Part shown: in pieces, positions 1 through 13,120 of the stretch
Layout: every line of letters begins with the position of its first letter
How positions within the stretch are numbered: position 1 is the stretch's first letter
NCBI RefSeq assembly: GCF_006345805.1
Contig: NC_043017.1
Coordinates: 27,094,001 to 27,158,000, forward strand
Reading direction: 5' to 3'
Source of the DNA: Octopus sinensis
Lineage: Eukaryota
DNA: 64,000 bases
Made by a program: the position numbers and the translations under genes
Notes under the pieces: generated by a model
The model's database searches: none
What the model was told of the DNA's origin: nothing
Seen by the model: only the letters and a program-made list of their open reading frames with translations

Positions 1-149
1 TAAAGAAATAGGTATTATATGAGGTAATATAGTATTATATAAAGCAATATGTCTGAGACTTAGCGTTCCTTTGATGTTAATCGGCTCCCTCTACAATGAC
101 ACGGAGTACTGATGCTATGCTAAGACGGTGAGCTGACAGAATCATTTGC

Positions 150-150
150 G

Positions 151-233
<83 letters not shown>

Positions 234-507
234 ATATATACTTTATAAATAGGTTCAGCAAAAATTTGCTTCACCACATACTGAAGTTTAGAAGCTGCAG
301 TGAAAAAATCTTAGCTATTCCTTCTACTTTAAAATCTTTGCTGAACCTAATTATAAAGTATTACTTAAACTTACCATGAAATGGTCTTTTTCATGCCGAA
401 TTCTACTTGGTGAAATTACTGATTAGTTCTTAATTAATTAATTTTAGCCTTTGTCATTATATATATATATATATATATTATATAGATAATATATATATAT
501 ACATATA

Positions 508-540
<33 letters not shown>

Positions 541-554
541 CATACAATAATACA

Positions 555-588
<34 letters not shown>

Positions 589-617
589 GTATATATTATA
601 TACATATATATATATAC

Positions 618-660
<43 letters not shown>

Positions 661-736
661 TATAACATATATATATATACATATATATATATACATATAT
701 ATATACATATATATATACATACATATGTATATATAT

Positions 737-794
<58 letters not shown>

Positions 795-815
795 ATATAT
801 ACATATATACATATA
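150..815. repeat. (AT)n-rich microsatellite blocks (150-240, 458-815). Similar blocks at about 1470-1700, 2165-2350, 4390-4660, 7080-7460, 10880-11180, 19555-19990, 22215-22430, 33735-34590, 37455-37990, 43150-43700 and 53585-53730
   Basis: Direct reading; source of the YIYI/HTHT ORFs. Confidence 0.97.
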
Positions 816-879
816 CAAAATGGGGCAAGAACGCAACGCATCCAGACTATTAGGTGATACAAGAAAGAGTCAATAGAAT

Positions 880-1400
880 ATCCAGATAGACGATACAGAG
901 AAAACAAGGACGGGTCATTCGAAGTTTTCCTTCCTCAGTCGAGTTCCAGATCATCTTTGCGATTTCGGCTTGTTATATTCGGCATTGCTCCAATCTGGCC
1001 AGCTCCAAGTAAAAGCAAGTAAGAGCATTAGATTCCGTAGCAGCGAATGTATACAAAAACATGGGCGGAAAAAACGGAGAACATTACACAAATACAAATA
1101 ACAGGACATATCAACAGTTTTCTTTCGACTAAGGACGTATTAAATGAAGCCAGCGTGTGTGGAAGTAAAGACTTACGGCAGGGATGCAAGATTTCCTGGG
1201 AGGGCGCCTCTGATTTCGATTGCATTCGCTGCTTTCTTCCAAGGAATCTAAAGCTTTTAGCTTAGTTTTTCGTTGGGGCTGGCCAGATTGAAGCAAGCTC
1301 GAGTATAACCAGCCGAAATTGCAAGGATAATATTGAACTCGACTGAGGAAAGAAAACTCCGAATGACACGTCGTTTTTTCTTTCTATCATCTATCTAGAT
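880..1400. mobile_element. Fold-back/MITE-like element with ~170-bp diverged inverted arms (880-1049 and 1223-1400)
   Basis: Left arm gtcattcgaagttttccttcctcagtcgagttcc...ctggccagctcc matches the reverse complement of right arm ggggctggccag...gaactcgactgaggaaagaaaactccgaatgac; flanked by microsatellites. Confidence 0.65.
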
Positions 1401-1623
1401 GTTTTGCTGCCCCTTTCTTGTATCACCTAACTATCCGGTTTTTTTTGCGTTCTTGTCCCATTTGTATTATACATACATATATATATATTTACACTCACAT
1501 ATATATATATATACATATGTGTGTACACACATATATATATATATACACATATATACATGCATCCATATATATATATATATTTACATATATATATATGTAT
1601 ACATGTATATATATATTGTATAC

Positions 1624-1657
<34 letters not shown>

Positions 1658-1719
1658 GCATATATACCTATATATACAGATATGCATGTATATATGTAAG
1701 TGAGATAATAGTTTCATTA

Positions 1720-2006
1720 TTAATATTGAAACTCTGAAAACAGAAAGAATTATCTCGCATAACAATGTGGAAGTTACTTTCTCACTTTTGACACGTAATA
1801 CTGAAATAATGTAAGAGAAAAGAGCTCGCATAAGGCAATAAGTTGAAAAGCTTTTAGCGCACATGACACTGCATGGCCCGTAAGTAAGCTTTGTATAAAA
1901 TTTGAATGAGATTGGCTGGGGAGTTATAGAATTGTAGTGAAGCACACAATCAGACAGTCAGTGTGACAGACGGACGGACAGACACACATTATGAATTTTA
2001 TGTAGA
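1720..2006 (-). mobile_element. Non-autonomous Helitron/DINE-1-like 5' fragment
   Basis: Minus strand begins A^TCTACATAAAATTCATAATGTGTGTCTGTCCGTCCGTCTGTC (5'-TC after A, GTCC/GTCT microsatellite); no 3' CTAG end seen. Confidence 0.5.
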
Positions 2007-2165
2007 TAAATAGAAAGAAAGATATAGTGAAAGTTGCATATTTATATGTATATATACATGCACTTTACAAAATTCTCAATATTTCGAAAGATATTTTGTG
2101 CGCAGGATGACTCACTGTGAACCAAAAATATATATTTAGATATACACGCTCAGAAACAAATGCAT

Positions 2166-2208
<43 letters not shown>

Positions 2209-2277
2209 AATATATATATATATATATTATATATATATATATATATATGTATACATGTATATATATATTGTATATAC

Positions 2278-2345
<68 letters not shown>

Positions 2346-3178
2346 ATATATCAATGTGTACGCTGATTTCTTTAAAATTTTGCTGAATCTGGTGGTTATT
2401 TTATGCATCACGACCTCATTCTAATGGGAATATCACCATTATCTGAATAAATATTTTTCAGTTAATAGTACACACAGCACATATCTAAAAGTGATGATCT
2501 TTATACTGCAGTGATAAACGAGATTTTAATTGACAATAATCAATTCTCTCTGTTTCACTATCATATACACATTATTCATTCTCTAGCCAAAAAAAATTTA
2601 GAATTATTTCATTAAATTGCCATTGAATTTCTTCACGAAACTTTCCTCAGTCGGGCGAAAATATGTTGTGTTGTACACAAATAGCCAAGTAGAACATAGC
2701 TCAAGGAAAGACAGGAATATATATATATATGAAGAAATATATATGTATACAATTATAGAGGTCTCAGATATTTGAACGCACGTGAAGTTAAAGAGATCAA
2801 TTTAAGTTTCCGTAATCAATATATCTGTAGAATAGCAAAGCAATGGAAACTATACAGTATCAACTCCGGGTTCTCAATCTATGAATATGGAAATAAATTT
2901 TATGAATATTGATATTAGGCAAAGTAGAAGATTTGACCTTACAGGAACAGCATGAGATATTTTACACATTGTTTCTATGATTTTCATATCTATTAACCTT
3001 GTCAGCCGCGGTTGAATTAGTCCATCAGTCAGTCCGTTTTCCACACCGTCTGTGTATGCATATGGTGTGTGTGTTTCCCTACGTCGGTGCGTACGCATGA
3101 AAGATGCACACACACACAAACACGAACGCATACACACACACAACATGTATATAATGACATTTGTATTACATTTCGTCG

Positions 3179-3228
<50 letters not shown>

Positions 3229-3230
3229 TA

Positions 3231-3316
<86 letters not shown>

Positions 3317-3317
3317 T

Positions 3318-3359
<42 letters not shown>

Positions 3360-3360
3360 T

Positions 3361-3840
3361 TGAGAGACCAGTGCATGCCTTCATCAAAGTGACACTGGGG
3401 TAAAATATACGATACCCAGTATACCCATCATGACTACCCGTCTGATAAGGGGACACCAGGCACATGCATCACGAACATATGTATGTGATATGCTGATCTC
3501 ATATCAAGATAAACAGTGCATGATCTTGCTGGTGGGGCACAGTTAGAATTTCCTTCACTTTGAGTACCCCATCCCCCTCAAAGGGTCCCTGAATAAGGCT
3601 TGTTTAAGGATGTTAACCATGATTCCAAAGGTGAATTATCCAAACCTCAAATAATTCCTCTCGACACATGGCTCTTATGCTCCCCGCATTACTCCTGCTC
3701 ATGATCAGAGATGCACGTAACCTCAGCCACTAAGGGCCATGCTCAACTGGTTATGGTCAAACAACCGACAAGCAAATCTGTGGTATTGAGTAGAATATTT
3801 GCTGTAGCCCATCATTTATACCAGTACAAGTATACATCAA
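3361..3840 (-). mobile_element. SINE-like repeat family C with (ACT)n(AAT)n tail at 3225-3360
   Basis: Homologous to 18045-18295 (5' part, + strand) and 23412-23560 (3' part with (AAT)n tail, + strand). Confidence 0.75.
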
Positions 3841-4387
3841 TACATTAATGAATATTATAAATGAAATGAATTTGCAATTAAACTTAATTTCTATATCGTA
3901 GTCGTTTATGTTATCTTGACAGTTTTCACAACCCACACTTTCAAAAATATTCTGATTTTCAAGGTTTGCCATGACAAATTTGGCACTGAGTCCATTTTGA
4001 GCGGTCCTTCATAATTTTTCATCTTGTACACTACCAAATCTGGCCAAAAGAAATTATCAACACATCGCAAATAGTCACGCATAATATTGGAAGAAGTGAA
4101 ACTTCGGGTAAACTCAGCAATGCATCACGATGGAGACTAAAAACGTAAGAGAGCCGCCATTCTTTCCTCCACCTTTTATGTACGAAAGGCAAATGTGGGT
4201 GGCGCTTTTCAAATAACAGCCAGATAGTAGCAACTATACGACACGTTCAAAGGTAGATCCACCTTTGACTGTTGAGAACGATCGACGAATTGTATTATAT
4301 AGATATATATTATTTTTCTCAACGTCGATTTATCACCGACAGCTAGCATGCCAAGCTACTCCAAACTAATGACGAGTAACAAACCAT

Positions 4388-4439
<52 letters not shown>

Positions 4440-4483
4440 ATCTATATATATGTATGTATGTATATATAATATATATTATATAT

Positions 4484-4577
<94 letters not shown>

Positions 4578-4626
4578 CATACATATATACATACCTAAAT
4601 CTACACACACATGCACGAAAACACTG

Positions 4627-4663
<37 letters not shown>

Positions 4664-4820
4664 AACATATATATTCACGAGAAGTTCATTAGGATGCAGA
4701 AAGGCTCCTAGTAAGTAATTATATTCAATACGACCGGAGTGTTCAAGTCAGGAGATTTTTAACAGAAAATATTTGCGACGACTGGCAGCCAGTGGATGAA
4801 ATGAGTATAGTATTGCCTAA

Positions 4821-4957
4821 CGTGGTAAGTAGCTTGTTTACCAACCACATGGTTCCGTGGCACATTGGGCAAGTGTCTTCTACTATAGCCTCGGGCCGAC
4901 CAAAGCCTTGTGAGTGGATTTGGTAGACGGAAACTGAAAGAAGCCCATCGTATTATG

Positions 4958-4998
<41 letters not shown>

Positions 4999-5218
4999 TT
5001 GTGTGTATTTGTGTTGTCTGTGTTTGTCCACCGAGCATTGCTTGACACCGATGCTGGTGTGTTTATATCACCGTTACTTAGCGGTTCGGCAAGCGAGACC
5101 GATAAAATAAGTACTGGGCTTACAAAAGAATAAGTCCCGGGGTCGAGTTGCTCGATTAAAAGCGGTGCTCCAGCATGGCCGCAGTCAAATGACTGAAACA
5201 AGTAAAAGAAAGTAAAAG
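4821..5218 (+). mobile_element. tRNA-derived bipartite SINE family A (damaged head)
   Basis: Same head, internal (TA)n(TG)n and tail as the other family A copies. Confidence 0.9.
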
Positions 5219-5379
5219 CGTGTAACTCACTAAGCGTATATTTATTTATTTTATGCTGTATGACTTATACCTAGACGCAAGAAATGTATCAACTTTTTAT
5301 AATTTCAGTTATTGCTTTATCTTGTATACGGCAAATGTGTTCTGTGGTGTACAAATGCAAAGAAAATAATCGTAATTGA

Positions 5380-5720
5380 ACGCATCGCCCCATAGGAAAA
5401 GTGATGTGATGAGACTCATGACCGGAAGCATGCCAGATATGCGAGCCTTCAGTAGTTCTGCAGGGAGAAGAGATGGCACGAAGGGCTTTTACAAGTTGAG
5501 GTGGGCTGTAGTGGATTCCTTGCTCAGTCCGCATGGAGGATGCTTATAACCGTTGGAATGAGAGGTAAGGAATGAAGAATGGCTGTGCGCCGGATGGGAC
5601 AGGCGGCTCAAGGAGCCTCTTGTTTGCTTGGGAGCAAAACAGAGGAGTTAATCTTGAAACCGGGAGGAGATGAGGAGCAGTGACTTGGCCAACTCTCATA
5701 ACCTACCCAAGTGAGAGTGT
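5380..5720 (-). mobile_element. Possible very degenerate LINE 3' fragment
   Basis: GC-richer island; minus-strand translation only loosely resembles a LINE C-terminal Cys/His knuckle region. Confidence 0.25.
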
Positions 5721-5889
5721 TACAGTTGTGGGTCGAAATACCCAATGAACGCTTGGTACGATCTGATAACATCAGTTCCTCCTAGTCAAGGCTCAATTGA
5801 CATCGTTCAATGACACAGTACTTCCTTATAGGGGTTATTAAGATCATCATGATGCTTTCTTCTCAGAATCTTTAACGAGAGCTCGTTTG

Positions 5890-6190
5890 TAAATATTACA
5901 CACTACATAACATCTCTCTTCAGATTATATGGATTATTTTTTGCTATCTAATACTACACTCGTATCTTTCATCTGAAGTATGTAGCATAAAAAAGAATCA
6001 AGTTATATATATATATATATGGAAACATTTAATAGCTTATTTCTGCAATTGTAATCTTTACAAATATTTGAAAAGGATTTCTAGTGCAAACAAAAAGCTG
6101 TATTCTTGCAATCAAAAATTCAGAACAACAAACAGCAAAGCAGGTAAAGTTATATGTTGCACTCGTGGAGTGCTTTCTATAAAATATTTC
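5890..6190. repeat. Local duplicated segment, copy 1 (copy 2 at 8320-8420 plus 8865-9040)
   Basis: cttcagattatatg...ctaatactacactcgtatc...aagaatcaagtt (AT)n ...catttaatag...aaaaattcagaacaacaaacag...caggtaaagttatat occurs twice. Confidence 0.85.
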
Positions 6191-7196
6191 ATGTGATCAC
6201 ATTGATAATAAGCTCCTGCTTGGATTTAATATTAATATTTCGTCCAACAACGCTCTAGACCAACTATGGTGATGTAATTACGGGGAACAAAATCAACAAT
6301 GGTATATTTCATTTGCATTCCATTTTCAAACGGCACGACGTCAAATGCTAAATAATGCGATGCATTTTCTGAATATAATTTTGTGGAATTAAATATGCAT
6401 AAAACACCAGTGGAGTGATGTTCTGAAAATATTACCAGGATTTCACTATATAAATGACATAGTATAAATAGTAGCACAAAAGAAATATCTACTCAAGTGC
6501 AATAGCGAACACAATGAAGCAATGTATGTACACACAGACACACGCATATATATGTGTGTGCATTGTGCAAACACACACACATACACGCATACACTTTCAT
6601 ATCTATGTATCGGTATATGTATATGTATAATACATACACGAATGTAGATATGCTTGATTTTTATATATCAAAACCATAGCCTTCTCCATATTTATTACTG
6701 TTGAAAAACATAAAACGAATTCTGTGTCACAAACGAATATATTGACAAACCTTTTATTGTAAATCAAACTTTTAAAATGGCTTCTCAAATCTCAGCATGA
6801 AAGCTGTAAATTCTAAAATAAAATCTCAGGAATAATGATACTTCATAAGTTACTATGCTTTCTCTTTCAGGTTTAAAAAAAAAAATTTAAATATGAAACA
6901 GAAAAAAAAATTGAAATATATTAAAAATACAAATAAAAAACAAAAAACAAACCTCTTGTGATTCATTCACGTTAGATTCTTTCAATATTTACCAAAGCTT
7001 CACACCACATAAGAACTGCCTACTTCAATACTCATAATCACACATGCATTTATGTAATATTTTAAACTGTTACGTTGATAAATATATATATATATATATG
7101 TCTGCGTATGTACCTTACATATATAGGTAATGTACGCATATACATAAATACCTGTGAATACCTGTGCGTTTCCTGAATCCATAAGCGCGTATATAA

Positions 7197-7268
<72 letters not shown>

Positions 7269-7282
7269 TATGTATGTGTATA

Positions 7283-7320
<38 letters not shown>

Positions 7321-7383
7321 TATATATAATGTATATATATAATATATATATATATATTATATATATATATATAAATATATATA

Positions 7384-7432
<49 letters not shown>

Positions 7433-7748
7433 ATATATATATGTGTATGTATATATGCACACACACGTTATAACATGGGCACAAATATACAAAAGGAATT
7501 GTACAGATAATTTCCCACGCACACACAAACACACTGTGCGCGTGTTTGATATTTATGCTTATTCTTTAAATTACTTCTCATAAATAAAAAAAAATAAATA
7601 AATAAATTGCTATCCTGTTTGCAATATCTGGCAATATGTGTTAGATACAAATAAAAAATATTGCTCTATCTACATAACAGTTGCCAATGAAATATTTCAC
7701 CACAGAAATATTAATATTTGACCATATAGATAGGTAACTATTTCTGTA

Positions 7749-8159
7749 ACTCTTTTACTTGTTTCGGCCATTTGACTGCGGCCATGCTGGAACACCACCG
7801 TTAGTCGAGCAAATCGACCTCAGGACTTATTCTTTGTAAGCCTAGTACTTATTCTATCGGTCTCTTGTGCCGAACCGCTTAGTAACGGGGACGTAAACAC
7901 ACCACCATCTGTTGTCAAGCGATGTTGGAGGGACAAACACAGACACACAAATACACGCACACACACATATATCTATATATATGTATACATATATACGACG
8001 GGATACTTTCAGTTTCCGTCTACCAAATTCACTCACAAGGCTTTGGTCGGCCCGAGGCTATAGTAGAAGACACTTGTCCAAGGTGCCACGCAGTGGGACT
8101 GAACCCGGATCCATGTGGTTAGTTAGCAAGCTACTTGCCACACAGCCACTCCTGCGCCT
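7749..8159 (-). mobile_element. SINE family A, full length
   Basis: Minus strand AGGCGCAGGAGTGGCTGTGTGGCAAGTAG head, B-box GGGTTCAGTCCC, tail (AAAAGAGT). Confidence 0.95.
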
Positions 8160-8416
8160 CTGTGTACGAAATGTTCTACTCTGTCATATAAAGGAAATAC
8201 ATACAAACGACTTGCAAAACTTTGCACGCCAAAATTATTGATGCGTGGCTGTGTGGTAAGGAATTTGTTTCCGAACCACATAGTTCGGTGTTCAGTCTCC
8301 CTCCGTGGCCCATCCGACATGTATCTTCAGATTATATGAATTTTTTTTTGTGTATCTAATACTACACTCGTATCATTCGTCTGAAGTACATAACATAAAA
8401 AAGAATCAAGTTACAT

Positions 8417-8447
<31 letters not shown>

Positions 8448-8489
8448 GTATATATAAATATGTGTATATATATACACACACACACATGT

Positions 8490-8526
<37 letters not shown>

Positions 8527-8639
8527 GTGAATAGAAAGATGAATAATCTTGTAGTAGATTACTCAAAAGTTTAACCGATACCTTACTAGCAAAAATCACA
8601 GCAGTGAACAGCACGGTTGGAGTTACAACCATCTGGCGT

Positions 8640-8800
8640 TGCAACCGTGCGTTGGTGCGGATAATTGAAATTAAAACATTATTGGTGAATTGAAGAAATG
8701 GAGCTGAACGCAGATTGAACAGAAATCGTTTTATTTCATTCTACACGTGTTTCGAAAGGCACAAATTACCAAAATCCGATTGAATAATGGGACCATATTG
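8640..8800 (-). mobile_element. Probable Penelope-type terminal-repeat fragment with a decayed hammerhead 3' half
   Basis: Minus strand GAAACACGTGTAGAATG; inserted in the (AT)n of duplicated segment copy 2. Confidence 0.4.
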
Positions 8801-8803
8801 TGT

Positions 8804-8850
<47 letters not shown>

Positions 8851-9068
8851 GTAGATATATATTAGTGGAGACATTTAATAGTTTATTTCTGCATTGTAAT
8901 CTTTACAAATATTTGATAAGGATTTCAAGTGCAAACAAAACCTGTTTTCTTGCAATCAAAAATTCAGAACAACAAACAGTAAAACAGGAAACAGGTAAAG
9001 TTATATTTTGCACTTGTGGAGTGATTTCTATAAAATACCTGGTGAGTGGATCTGGTAGACAGAAACTG

Positions 9069-9385
9069 AAAGGCGGTGAGCTGCAGAAAGCATAGCACGC
9101 TGGGCGAAATACTTAGTGGTATTTCGTCTGCCGTTACGTTCTGAGTTCAAATTCCGCCGAGGTCGACTTTGCCTTCCATCCTTTCAGGGTAAATTAAGTA
9201 AGTACCAGTTACGCACTGGGGTCGATATAATCGACTTAATCCATTTGTCTGTCCTTGTTTGCCTCTCTATGTTTAGCCCCTTGTCTGCAATAACGACAAA
9301 TATTTTATCGATATTAAAGCAACGAGAAGGTAGAATCGTTTTAATTTCTGAGTTTAAATTCCGCGAAGGTCAATTTTGCCTTTAA
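9069..9385 (+). mobile_element. SINE family B (head, one unit and a partial second unit)
   Basis: aaggcggtgagctg-cagaa head, gttctgagttcaaattccgccgaggtcgactttgcc core; core motif repeats at about 9345. Confidence 0.9.
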
Positions 9386-9389
9386 ACCA

Positions 9390-10470
9390 TCTTTGATATA
9401 ACATTAGATGTATTTTAGAAATGGTTTCATGAGGATTTCCATCTATAATGGGTCGTAATTTTAGGTCTCCTGGTGCTGGTGTATGTATTTCTTTGGTGAT
9501 ATTCTGATGGTTTTTGTCTATAGAATAAGCCGGGTTTACATTCAAAGTTTGTTATATAGTCAATTTATTCTTTTGTTAGGTTTTTTTGTGTGGCTTTGTA
9601 TTAGTGAAAAGTTGTTTCATTAATTTGCGGAGGAGTGTAACCATTGATTTTTTTTCTAAGTGTTAATTATTGTGTAGCATATATACTACTAAATTTTTGT
9701 AGTAGAATGTGTCCATTACTACCATCGCATTCCCATTGTTATTTCTGCATTGTTTTGTAGTTCAGTTAGTGCTTTCCATTGGGTGGTGCTGAAGTTTGAA
9801 ATGATTTCTTTGTTTTTGCAAGGTATGGTAGGGGACGTTTTCAATGTGGTTGTAGAATTGTTCGAGATTTTAATTTTTTTTTCTTTGTAGGGGATATGTT
9901 CACTTCTTTTTTTGACTAGTGAATCAACTTCGTTATTACAATTGTCCAGTGCTTCTGTAAAACTTAATTTCCTACGGAATTCTGAAACACAGCTCTTGAA
10001 TTAAATTTGGGGAACTTTTAGCCATTTTAACACAGTATAAATCCTTGTGGTTGATAGGGATTCATATGATAGTTTATTCACGTTCGATTTCTCCCATGTA
10101 TCAAGTTACAACCCGTCTCCCGTCTTCTCTGGTCCGGGGTCAAAACATGTGGGTTGCTGTTTTGTTGGTAAGGGCGCTGAACATGTAAATGTAGGAGTTC
10201 AGTTTGGGTGTATGGCGATGTTGTTGTTTTGGATTGTTTTGCCTGTATGGGTGACTGAGGGTTCTTTAGGTAGCATTGTATGTGTTTCAAACTCTGTCCC
10301 AATTATTCTGTTCGGAGGCTAGAAAAAATTTCACTCTTTCTTTATTTTTTCAGATTCCTTTCTGTTGAAGAGCGAATGCTCGAAACGTAAAAGACTTTTT
10401 CATTTTCCCCAGCGTCAAACTAATATACACTAGATTTTTGTTCACACTAGTATTCGTATTTTGCTTTACC
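9390..10470 (-). mobile_element. Penelope-like retroelement relic (N-terminal/RT-start remnant plus terminal repeat)
   Basis: Minus-strand remnant GDLKLRPII resembles the PLE RT-proximal PLRPI motif; A/C-rich coding strand; hammerhead-like core at 10358-10393. Confidence 0.65.
10358..10393 (+). ncRNA. Minimal type I hammerhead ribozyme-like motif
   Basis: cttt-CTGTTGA-a-gagc(gaat)gctc-GAAACGTA-aaag: stem I cttt/aaag, stem II gagc/gctc, palindromic ACGT stem III, GUA triplet; A6 replaced by U. Confidence 0.6.
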
Positions 10471-10878
10471 ATAAATTTCAACTATATATGTTTATATATA
10501 TGACATTTTGTTTCGAGATTTGAACATGCATATCGATCAAAAAGAGGTGAACTGTCTTTTTTATTTTTTTAAATATAGATGAATATATTTAAATCTATGG
10601 ATTTATAACTATGTATAACTATTCATTTGCGTGTACGTATGGCTGACCGTGTAATGGCCATTTGCCTTTATAGATATTTAATGTCTTGTATTTTCTTTAC
10701 GTTGTAGTTTTTAAGTTATTCATTTAGTCTCTGAGCTTGTCAAAATACTCCAAATGGAAGAGTCATTTCGTATACTAGGCAAACTTTAAACACAGATACA
10801 TTACGGAAGCTAAATCATTTATGAAATCGCCGTTAAGCAAATCACCCGAATACACCCGAATTCTTCGTAGACATGTGC

Positions 10879-10940
<62 letters not shown>

Positions 10941-11078
10941 AGATACTAATATACACAGAACATACATGTGGAGGTATGAGTGTATACATGTTTAAAAAGA
11001 TAACAATATATAAATGCATCTATATTTATACATGCACAGCTTACACACACACATGTAAACATACACACACATATGATA

Positions 11079-11132
<54 letters not shown>

Positions 11133-11748
11133 CAAAAATGTATATGTATATATGTGCATATATATATATATATATATATACAGAAACACATGCGCACACA
11201 CATAGACAACCTATATTATACACCTTCATATATTTTTAGATAGCTTTTCCTGTTTTCATTTTCTGATATTTATCTGATATTTCTACCATATTATTTACAT
11301 CTAATTAATTCTTTCACGCCTCTCAATAATGAACGTCAAGGATGATAAATTACTTTCGACATCTCCTTGATAGACTTCCTATACAATGCATGTCATTTGT
11401 ATTTGCATAAGATATGTTGAAACATGTTGCGAAACCTTTCATGTGGCCATGCAATTCGTCTCCACACACTGGGTTATTCAACGAGATGCGATGCAAAACT
11501 TACACGGAAAACCTTTATCTTACTCAGTACCACTGCTGTGCATGAAGATATGTTATCTATACTGGGAGAGAATGAATTCTGTTTCGATACACATTCATTG
11601 TTATTAAATATCAGCTTCCTTCATTGCTTTGGTTTTAATGCATGTTAGTTTACCATATGAAGATAACAGCAGGCATCATTTTTTCTTAATTTCTTACATT
11701 CTTTGTAACTTGTGATTCATATGTTTCTCATGGTTTTTTGAGAGTATA

Positions 11749-12236
11749 TCTATATATATAAAACTGTAGTTTTGTGAGTGTCTGTCTCCTACGATTTAGA
11801 TTCCTAACTACTCCCACATTTTGCGGTGCAGTTTAACCAAATTCGGGTATCTTATAGTCGTGATTCATATCGAGCCCGTCTGGGTATTAGCGCGCGTCTA
11901 CGATGAGTCTACGATTTTATTCCATTTTAATGCATAATTTTTCGTGTGTCGATGGCGGCGGATTTGGCGTCCATGGTCACACCTGCACCTGTTTGCTTCT
12001 CCCCCCTCTTCCCTCCCTCGTGAAGCTGTGGGGAAGGGAGTGTAAGGAAATCAACGTCGTAAAGCGTTGTCAAGGAGACTAGCGTTCTTTTAGAACAACG
12101 ACTTCATGGCTTGAAGACACCAAAACAGAAATGGCTAAGAAAGCCCGAATTGGCATCTATAAGGGAAGTAACTCTCTAAAAATGCTTATATAGTTATTTC
12201 CCTTACAAACCCGAGCACGCCGGGCGATACTGCTAG
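11749..12236 (+). mobile_element. Non-autonomous Helitron
   Basis: A^TC 5' end, subterminal hairpin cccg-agcacgc-cggg, CTAG^T 3' end; sister copy at 38366-38760. Confidence 0.85.
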
Positions 12237-12670
12237 TCATAGATAAAGATAGTTCCTACAAAATATATATGGTTTTCTCAATGAAAAGGGAAACATCTTC
12301 ATGTCTAATATTGGTTTAAAATTTTAGCATAATCTTGCAAGTTCGTGTATAATCATACAAGTTTGGTAGTAATTAGACCACATGTAGCTTTGCTTACGGG
12401 GTGGCTATCTACCTTTCCGGTATATGAGCTTATATGCAAGTCTAAAGATTTTAAACTCTTATTTCTAATAACGTTGGTGGTATCCAGCACACTCAGTAAA
12501 AATTAGTGACAACTGATTGTTTCCATTTTAGTTTTATATTGCGTATAGCAGCCATTATTAATATATATGTATATATCTATGTATGTATAATATGTAGGTA
12601 TGTAGAGGTATTACTACGCAAGTGATCGAAGAGAGGAAAGAAAATACCTTATGAAAAGCTTCACAACAAT

Positions 12671-12826
12671 GAGTGGCTGTGTGGTAAGTAGCTTGCTAAC
12701 CAGCCACATGGTTCCGGGTTCAGTCCCACTGCGTGGCATCTTGGGCAAGTGTCTTCTGCTATAGCCCCGGGCAGACCAATGCCTTGTGAGTGGATTTCGT
12801 AGACGGAAACTGAAAGAAGCCTGTCG

Positions 12827-12892
<66 letters not shown>

Positions 12893-13120
12893 TGTGTCTG
12901 TGTTTGTCCCCCTAGCATTGCTTGACAACCGATGCTGGTGTGTTTACGTCCCCGTCACCTAGCGGTTCGGCAAAAGAGACCGATGGAATAAGTACTGGGC
13001 TTACAAAGAATAAGTTCCGGGGTCGATTTGCTCGACTAAAATGCGGTGCTCCAGCATGGCCGCAGTCAAATGACTGAAACAAGTAAAAGAGTAAAAGAGT
13101 AAAAAGAGTAAAAAGAGAGT
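12671..13120 (+). mobile_element. SINE family A, full length
   Basis: Head, internal (TA)n(TG)n, four (AAAAGAGT)-type tail repeats. Confidence 0.95.

Noticed and set aside
6232-6420. Minus-strand ORF resembling an SRPBCC-like strand pattern (MKYTIVDFVPRNYITIVG)
   Set aside because: An acceptor is present, but the donor is weak, the similarity is impressionistic, and no partner exons were found
6855-6880. Further AG|GT juxtapositions (6869, about 26376, 61662) as recursive splice sites
   Set aside because: Donor halves are weak (GTTTAA, GTTTGC), or the pyrimidine tract is short and lies within a transposon relic
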